A stretch of 64,000 nt of DNA, from assembly GCA_947490615.1 (NCBI GenBank), contig CANLHK010000009.1, forward strand, positions 18,846-82,845, given 5' to 3'. The notes under the pieces were generated by a model. It was given only the letters and a program-made list of their open reading frames with translations, did no database searches and was not told the origin of the DNA. Origin of the DNA: Planctomycetaceae bacterium. Lineage in GTDB: Bacteria > Planctomycetota > Phycisphaerae > Phycisphaerales > SM1A02. Below, piece after piece: positions 57,816-64,000 of this stretch. Position numbers and translations under genes: made by a program. Numbering within the stretch: position 1 is the first letter of the stretch; each line of letters opens with the position of its first letter.

Positions 57816-60689
57816 ATGGCGGCGGTGCTTGTCGACCACCACGAGGGTGAAGCGTTTGACTTCGCGCGCACGATGGTCTTGGTTCCTGGCGGCCGTTTGG
57901 TCGATTCGCTCGAACGCAATCTCCTCGCGCGCGCGCGCAGCGCGGGCCATGCGCTGATTCCGCCGACGATTGTGACGCCTCTCATGTTGGCGGCTCGATT
58001 GGTGGTTCCTGAAATGCCCGTGCTCAACGCGCTGGCCGCGCGGTTGTCGTGGCGCGAAGTGCTTGAGTTGTCGCACGCCAACGACGATGGATTCGAGGCG
58101 CAGGTGGCTGGGGTCTTTGGCGGCGTCGGCGCGATCGACGCGCGCGTTCGTTTGCGACTCACGCAGCGATTGCAGCGACTCGCATCGGAGGTGGCCTCGG
58201 CCATGCTCACGATGGATGGTGTGGCGCGGCACGAGGCGATCGTGGCGCGGAGCGACCTCGTGAAGAAGCTCGCGGTGTTGCGCGAGTGCGCCGCACGGCG
58301 TGACGCACTGTTGGCGAAGCTCGGCGCGCAAACGCGAGATGACGCGCTGCGCGAGGCGGTCGCGGCGCGGCGTCTCTTGACGGACGGGCTTGATCGAATC
58401 GTTGTTCTCCTCGCCGATCCTGAACAGGTCCATCGCGCGCTGCTCACGGGACTCGGTGCGTTCGGCGTGCGGGTCGAAGTCTGCGTGCACTCGACTTTCG
58501 CGTTGGACGCCGAGGGCTTCCCACTGGCGCACCAGTGGGAGCAGCGGCGATTTCCTGAGTCGATCCTCGCGAGTTCTTCCATCCGCGTTGGCGATGGACC
58601 GAGCGAATCTGCGCGCGAAGCGATGGCAGCGATTCGCGCGCACGCCAACACCATTGGCCGCGCATTGACGAGTGATGAACTCGCGATCATGGCTCCAGAC
58701 GCACCCACGCGTCTTGAACTCGAGCGCGCGCTGGTCCTCGAAGGATCTTCTGCGGCCACCGTCGAGTCGCGCCTCTTCGCGGCCACACGATTGGGCTCGC
58801 TGCTTTCTCGACTTTCGGAACTGACAGGCGAAGGCACCGCCGAGTCGCTCGCTGCGTTCGTGCGTCACGACGATGTGGCGACGTGGCTTCGCGAGAAAGG
58901 CGAGATCCAATCGGCGCAGAGCACGGTGTCGCAGTATCGAGCCGAGACCTTGGTGGGCTCGTGGCGGGATGAATTGCTGCAGTCGGCCTCGTCGAAGCCG
59001 CTCTCTGACAACTTCAAGAAGATCCGCGACGCGGTCGCCGCGCTGGTGCAGCCGCTTTCGGAATCGCGCGCCGCGCACGAGTGGGCTCAACCATTGCGCG
59101 AGGTTGTCTGCACGATGGTGGGCGAGGACACCCGCGGCGCGTTTGCCAACGAGCGCAGCGGATCGATTCGACTCTTCGATCGCGTGCTCAAGGAACTCGC
59201 GGATGTCCCTGCCGAGTTTGCCGCTCCGATGCGCGCCGCCGAGGCGCTCTCGCTCGTGCTTGATGAGGCGCAAGGCCAGAAGATCCGCGACGAGGAGCTC
59301 TGCGAGGGAGTGTCCATCATCGGATGGCTCGACGCGGGCATGGCGGATGAGCGTGTGCTCATTCTCGCTGGATTCTGCGAGGGTCAGGTTCCGCAGGGCG
59401 CGCCGATGGATCCCGTACTTCCCGATGACACGCGACGCGCGCTGGGGCTTCCGTCGGGCAGTCGCTATGCCGCGCGCGATGCGTGGATTCTCGATGGCAT
59501 TCTCGCGCGCAGAAACGCGCGCGACTCAGCCAGCGGGGAGGGCGGCGCGACGATCTTCATCGTTCCGCGTCGCACCGCTGAAGGTGATCCGCTCAAACCC
59601 TCGCGCTTTCTTCTGCGCGTTCCTGCGGTTGAACTCCCCGCGCGGGTGAAGCGGCTGTTTCCAACCGAGACTCCTTCGGTGCGCATCGAGAGCGTCGGCT
59701 CAGAGATCGGACGCGCCGACTTTCGCATCACGCCGCCGTTGCCTGGTGCAAGTATCCAATCGGTTCGCGTGACGGCGTTCAAGACCTTCATCACCTGCCC
59801 ATACCTGTTTCAGTTGCAGAACGATCCTCGGCTCAAGCTCCGTTGGCAGGACGAGCGCGCGGTCGAACTCGACGCGATGGGGTTCGGCACGCTTCTTCAT
59901 GCAGCACTCGAGGGTTGGGGAAAGGCTGAACAGAAGGGTGGCAAGCGGACCGAAGATCCGCACGCCATCGAGAAGAGCGTGTGCGCGCAACTCGATCGGT
60001 ATGTCGCCGACCACTTTCCAGCGAGTTCGCGCACGGGCGCGCTGCGCGTGCAGATCGAGATTGCCCGCAGTCGACTGCGTCGCTTCGCGCTGCTGCAGTC
60101 GGAACACGCGAAAGCAGGCTGGCGCGTGCACGCCGTCGAGCGCGCCTACATGGAAGCGCCAAAGCATGATGGTGTGCAGGCGCCTCGATTCCCTGATGCC
60201 GATGGTGTGTTTCTGACGGGACGGATTGATCGCGTGGACATCCTCGAAGGCGTTGGGCGATTCCGCGCGCTGGACTACAAGAGTTCAAGCAGTGGCGCGA
60301 CACCGACGGCGACGCATCTCAGGATCAGCGGCGGCAAGGCCGCGCGGACGGTGCGGTGGATTGATCTGCAGCTGCCGCTCTATCGCGTGTTGCTTCGGAC
60401 GCAATCGCCGTCGGAGCTCGTTGCACCCAACGATCTGGGCTATCTCAATCTCGCAGCGAGCATGGAGAAGAGCGGTTTCGCGTTCCTTGAGGCAAGCGAA
60501 GGCGAACTTGCGGAGGCCGAAGAGTTGGCGCGGGACATCGTCAAGGAGATTCGCGCGGGACAGTTCACACCATCCGAGCGCGTGCCTGTGCAATGCGATG
60601 ATCCGTTGGCGCCGATCTGGGGCGTTGGGATGCGCGGCAGCGATGCCGAGTCGGACAGCGCGGGGGAAGCGAGCGAGGACGACGCATGA
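57816..60689 (+). CDS. addB: AddB-like PD-(D/E)XK nuclease subunit of a helicase-nuclease complex
   Basis: 957 aa from ATG 57816; the longer track ORF overlaps the upstream gene, and an in-frame TTG at 57654 is an alternative start. C-terminal nuclease motif GRIDRVD...ALDYKSS. Its stop overlaps the addA start (ATGA). Confidence 0.65.
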   Translation: MAAVLVDHHEGEAFDFARTMVLVPGGRLVDSLERNLLARARSAGHALIPPTIVTPLMLAARLVVPEMPVLNALAARLSWREVLELSHANDDGFEAQVAGVFGGVGAIDARVRLRLTQRLQRLASEVASAMLTMDGVARHEAIVARSDLVKKLAVLRECAARRDALLAKLGAQTRDDALREAVAARRLLTDGLDRIVVLLADPEQVHRALLTGLGAFGVRVEVCVHSTFALDAEGFPLAHQWEQRRFPESILASSSIRVGDGPSESAREAMAAIRAHANTIGRALTSDELAIMAPDAPTRLELERALVLEGSSAATVESRLFAATRLGSLLSRLSELTGEGTAESLAAFVRHDDVATWLREKGEIQSAQSTVSQYRAETLVGSWRDELLQSASSKPLSDNFKKIRDAVAALVQPLSESRAAHEWAQPLREVVCTMVGEDTRGAFANERSGSIRLFDRVLKELADVPAEFAAPMRAAEALSLVLDEAQGQKIRDEELCEGVSIIGWLDAGMADERVLILAGFCEGQVPQGAPMDPVLPDDTRRALGLPSGSRYAARDAWILDGILARRNARDSASGEGGATIFIVPRRTAEGDPLKPSRFLLRVPAVELPARVKRLFPTETPSVRIESVGSEIGRADFRITPPLPGASIQSVRVTAFKTFITCPYLFQLQNDPRLKLRWQDERAVELDAMGFGTLLHAALEGWGKAEQKGGKRTEDPHAIEKSVCAQLDRYVADHFPASSRTGALRVQIEIARSRLRRFALLQSEHAKAGWRVHAVERAYMEAPKHDGVQAPRFPDADGVFLTGRIDRVDILEGVGRFRALDYKSSSSGATPTATHLRISGGKAARTVRWIDLQLPLYRVLLRTQSPSELVAPNDLGYLNLAASMEKSGFAFLEASEGELAEAEELARDIVKEIRAGQFTPSERVPVQCDDPLAPIWGVGMRGSDAESDSAGEASEDDA

Positions 60690-63600
60690 CGGCGCGCTGC
60701 TCACTCGTCATCGCCAACGCGGGCTCGGGAAAGACCTGGACGCTTGCCAATCGCATCATTCATTGGTCGCTCGAAGAACTTCGCGCTGGTCGCAAACCTG
60801 AACCAGCGCGCGCGTTGGCGGTGACCTTCACGCGCAAAGCTGCGGGGGAGATTCTCGCGCGCATTCTTTCGCACGCTGCCCAAGGTGCCTCTGCCGGAGA
60901 GGAGGGCGCCAAAGCGCGCAGCGCGTTTGAAAAGGTCATCGGTCCCGCAACAGAAGCCGAGTACCTCAGTGTCCTCGAGGCGCTGTGCGCGGAACTTCAC
61001 CGATTGCAGATCGGCACGATCGATGGGTTCTTTCACCGCATCGCCAGTGCAATGCCCGCGGAGGTCGGACTGCCTGCGGAGTGGACGCTTGGCGACGATC
61101 GCGCGTTGGATGAACTGCGCGCGCAGGCTGCCGCAACGCTGCTCGCACACGACGAGGCGCACGAGCTCATCGTGCTTCTCGAGTCAGGGGAGCCCAAGCC
61201 ATCGGTCACGAGCGCGATCACGCGTTTGCTCGGCATGGCACGAGGTGCTTCGCCGCTGGACATCTATCGCGCCACGGCCATCGGCGGCCCCGACGCGATG
61301 GCGCGCGCGTGGAATTGGATCGACACACTGACAGTGCAGTCGCGGCTCACCATCGAGCAGTTTGATGAGCTCGCTGCGCGCGTTGCACTGCTCGTCCTGC
61401 CGAACACGAAGGGCGGGACGCCCGACGGGCGTTGGACGAAGGCGCACGCAGGCCTCGTTGCGCAGCTGCGGCTTCACGATTTCCGTGCGCTCGCGGGATC
61501 CACCTTCTTGCGCGCGATGGTCGAGGGCGCTTCGTATCAAAAGATCGTCATGCCGACCGAGTTCTGTGAACTCGGCGGCTTGCTCGCGCCGCACCTGCGC
61601 AAGGCGTTGGTTGCGGATCTCGAGCGGCAACTCAAAGGCGCGCGCTCGGTGTTGCCGCAAGCGTGCGAGGCGCTTGATCGATTGCAGCAGGAGCAGGGGA
61701 TCTTCGGATTCGCAGATGTGGGGCGTGGCGTCGCGCGGGCTGCGTCACGGGCAGACTCCGCCGTCGCCGATCCAGCGATGCTGCGCGCAATCCTTGGGAA
61801 TGACATCCGTGATCTCGCGATCGATGAAGCGCAGGACACTTCCGTCGAGCAGTTCCTCTCGCTGCGTCCGCTCCTCAACGAAGTGCTGACCGGTGTGCGC
61901 GGCGGTCGGTTTCTTCTCGTCGGCGATCCCAAGCAGTCCATTTACGGTTGGCGCGGCGGTACGCCTGGATTGATCGCGCACCTGGCCAGCGCCTACGACG
62001 CGCAGTTGGACACCAGCCTCGCGCTGACGCGCAGTTACCGTTCGGCGCCCTTGGTCATGGACCTTGTGAACCGCGTGTTCGGAAATCTCGCCGACGATCT
62101 CTTGCACCTCGTCGACCTAGAGCACAAGTCAGAACTCAGCGGTCTCGGCGACTGGGCGAAGGCGCGTGGACTTCCATCGGCGTGCACCGAGAGTGCTTTC
62201 AAACGCGCCGTGGCTGCGTGGCCGTTTGTGCGACATGAGTCTGACAAGACCTCGCTGTTCGGTCGCGTTGCCGCCTACGCCTGCGGCAAGATCGCTGCGG
62301 CAGGCAATGAGCCCGAACGCGAACTCTCCGCCTGCGCGTGCGCTGCAGCCATCGCCGCACGACTGCACCGCGAAAATGGCAAGCAATCCATCGCGGTGCT
62401 GGTTCGCAAGAACAGCGAAGTCACCGAGACGATCCTCGAACTCAAGAAGCTCGGCGTTCCAGCGAGCGACGAAGGAAGCGCCACGCTCCTCGACTCTCCT
62501 GCAGTGGCGCGCGTGGTGGCGCTGCTGCGGCTGATCGATGATCCGAGTGATCGCATTTCGCACTTCATCCTTTCGCATGGCGCGATGCAGGCGGTCACGG
62601 GTCTTGCTCCGATCGAGACACATCCGAGTCTGGAAGCGGCGCATGCGGCGGCGCAAGTGTTCGCGAGCGACTCTCGCGCGCGCATCGCCAACGAGGGGCT
62701 TGCGGCGGTCTTGCTCGCGGTGTTCAGATCGCTGCGCGCACAAGGGCTCGCCGCGCGGGATGAGGCGCGGATTGCTCGCGTCATTGCGCTTGCGGAAGGA
62801 GTCGCCGACAAACCGCTCGCGCGCCTCTTGGACTTCATCGAGGCCATCGCCGCGGACAAGGCGGACTCCAGCAGTTCCGATGCGGTGCGGGTGATGACCG
62901 TGCACAAGTCGAAGGGTCTTGAGTTTGACGAGGTGGTGCTCGTCTCGCTTGATGAGGGTTGGGGCGCTGCGCCAACGGGCTGGGGCATGCTCGTAACGAG
63001 TCCAACCGAGCCGCCGCGCATGGTCGCACCGCTGGCCAACGAGGAGATACGAGAGTGGGTGCCTGAGCTTCAACTCTTCGAGCGCGACGAGCGTCGCCGC
63101 CGTGTGCTCGATGATCTTTCGAGTCTCTATGTCGCCATCACTCGCGCGCGGCACGGCGTGTACTTCGTGGTCGACGCGAAGCAGGGCGGCACGCTGCCTA
63201 CCGCCACGAAGTTGATCGCGCACGCGGTCGATCACGCCAGTGAGCAAGGTGTGCAGGATGCTCTCAATGGCGCGCGCAACTTCAGCAGCGCGTTGGCGAC
63301 GGCTCAGCCTGACAGCGAGCATCCGTTCTGGACACACGAGAGCGGTCAGCGAGTCGTCGTCGCGCCCGTCCTTGCGCCAGTATCGTCACTCCCAACAGTT
63401 GCTGCGTTGAGCACGGGACCGCTCCCAGTCGAGGTGCGCAAGAAGGCGAGTGCGCGGGCAACCTCGCCATCGTCCCACGCAGCAAAAAGTCTCTGGTCCT
63501 TCGATCCGTTTGGTGATGAGGACACGGCGCTGCGCGGAGTCCTTGTCCATGAGTGCTTTCGCGAACTCGAATCGTTCGCGTCGTTGGGCACCGCCGAATC

Positions 63601-64000
63601 GATCGCTGCGTTGGTCGATCGCGCGGCGCAACGAACTTCTGTTGAGAAGGGCAGTCTCATCAACGCGTCACTGCGCGGCGAGGTCGCTGCACTCTTGGCA
63701 CGACTTCGATCAACTGCCGTGGCCGCTGCACTGCGCGAGGGTGAGGGCGTCTCCGTTCGCACCGAGTTGCCCTTCGTGCACGACTCTGCACGGGGGCTCG
63801 TTCACGGACGCATCGACCGTTTGGAACTCCATCGGGACGGCGAAGGCACGCTCGTGGGAGCGGTCATCCTCGACTTCAAGACGGGCGCGACGCACTGCGA
63901 CGCCGCGGCGCTGAGCGAGAAGTCTCGGACCTACTTTGAGCAACTCGAGGGCTACGCGGCCGCGGTCGGCGGGATGTATGAGCTCGACCGCAGCGCCATC
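60686..64000 (+). CDS. addA: AddA/UvrD-family helicase-nuclease subunit, C-terminally truncated by the window end
   Basis: Not in the ORF track. Frame open from ATG 60686 to position 64000. Walker A ANAGSGKT, TIDGFF, motif II AIDEAQDTS, GDPKQSIYGWRGG, RSYRSAP, VMTVHKSKGLEFDEV. C-terminal PD-(D/E)XK motif GRIDRL...ILDFKTG. Confidence 0.85.
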   Translation, partial: MTARCSLVIANAGSGKTWTLANRIIHWSLEELRAGRKPEPARALAVTFTRKAAGEILARILSHAAQGASAGEEGAKARSAFEKVIGPATEAEYLSVLEALCAELHRLQIGTIDGFFHRIASAMPAEVGLPAEWTLGDDRALDELRAQAAATLLAHDEAHELIVLLESGEPKPSVTSAITRLLGMARGASPLDIYRATAIGGPDAMARAWNWIDTLTVQSRLTIEQFDELAARVALLVLPNTKGGTPDGRWTKAHAGLVAQLRLHDFRALAGSTFLRAMVEGASYQKIVMPTEFCELGGLLAPHLRKALVADLERQLKGARSVLPQACEALDRLQQEQGIFGFADVGRGVARAASRADSAVADPAMLRAILGNDIRDLAIDEAQDTSVEQFLSLRPLLNEVLTGVRGGRFLLVGDPKQSIYGWRGGTPGLIAHLASAYDAQLDTSLALTRSYRSAPLVMDLVNRVFGNLADDLLHLVDLEHKSELSGLGDWAKARGLPSACTESAFKRAVAAWPFVRHESDKTSLFGRVAAYACGKIAAAGNEPERELSACACAAAIAARLHRENGKQSIAVLVRKNSEVTETILELKKLGVPASDEGSATLLDSPAVARVVALLRLIDDPSDRISHFILSHGAMQAVTGLAPIETHPSLEAAHAAAQVFASDSRARIANEGLAAVLLAVFRSLRAQGLAARDEARIARVIALAEGVADKPLARLLDFIEAIAADKADSSSSDAVRVMTVHKSKGLEFDEVVLVSLDEGWGAAPTGWGMLVTSPTEPPRMVAPLANEEIREWVPELQLFERDERRRRVLDDLSSLYVAITRARHGVYFVVDAKQGGTLPTATKLIAHAVDHASEQGVQDALNGARNFSSALATAQPDSEHPFWTHESGQRVVVAPVLAPVSSLPTVAALSTGPLPVEVRKKASARATSPSSHAAKSLWSFDPFGDEDTALRGVLVHECFRELESFASLGTAESIAALVDRAAQRTSVEKGSLINASLRGEVAALLARLRSTAVAAALREGEGVSVRTELPFVHDSARGLVHGRIDRLELHRDGEGTLVGAVILDFKTGATHCDAAALSEKSRTYFEQLEGYAAAVGGMYELDRSAI

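Noticed and set aside
57750-59273. 507-aa minus-strand ORF (and 57527..58837, 436 aa)
   Set aside because: Both are antisense to addB, with Arg-rich low-complexity translations.
62129-63337. 402-aa minus-strand ORF (and 62275..63039)
   Set aside because: Both are antisense to addA, whose plus-strand frame carries all the UvrD helicase motifs.

Overview
High-GC (roughly 62-65 %) bacterial chromosomal window that is almost fully coding. I call about 44 protein genes and one tRNA-Pro(CGG). I saw no rRNA, CRISPR array, transposase, integrase or prophage signature. Many long ORFs in the six-frame track are antisense or extended high-GC artefacts, so I re-set several starts to internal ATG/GTG codons.

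Two genes truncated by the window edges are missing from the ORF track: nrfA (1-231, minus) and addA (60686-64000, plus).

Content in order:
- nrfHA nitrite-reductase genes, divergent from a porin gene.
- An exported FAD-oxidoreductase / alpha-beta-hydrolase pair.
- A UDP-2-acetamido-6-deoxy-L-hexose cassette plus a fused double GT4 glycosyltransferase.
- A 551-bp unexplained non-coding gap next to tRNA-Pro.
- An 18-kb minus-strand block (15023-33365) holding two operons. One is SGNH hydrolase, carbamoyltransferase, small orphan, deacetylase, carB. The other is a 10.6-kb TlpA-MoxR-DUF58-vWA-vWA Bat-like operon ending in a 1318-aa protein.
- A multi-PAS histidine kinase translationally coupled to two stand-alone receivers.
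- Sel1-repeat and agmatinase-family genes.
- Several secreted proteins with C-terminal dockerin/EF-hand-like modules, including a 1904-aa giant repeat protein that also has a cohesin-like module.
- A lipoprotein fusing a CX5R phosphatase-like domain to a C-terminal haem c (CxxCH) domain.
- An addB-addA pair.

The gene content suggests a Planctomycetota-like organism; this is inference only.

The most interesting candidates are the giant cohesin/dockerin-like repeat protein with its unclassified ~56-aa repeat, the extended Bat-like operon, the phosphatase-cytochrome fusion, the carB-containing carbamoylation operon and the structured-looking non-coding gap. All family assignments come from motif reading by eye. 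No database search was run.
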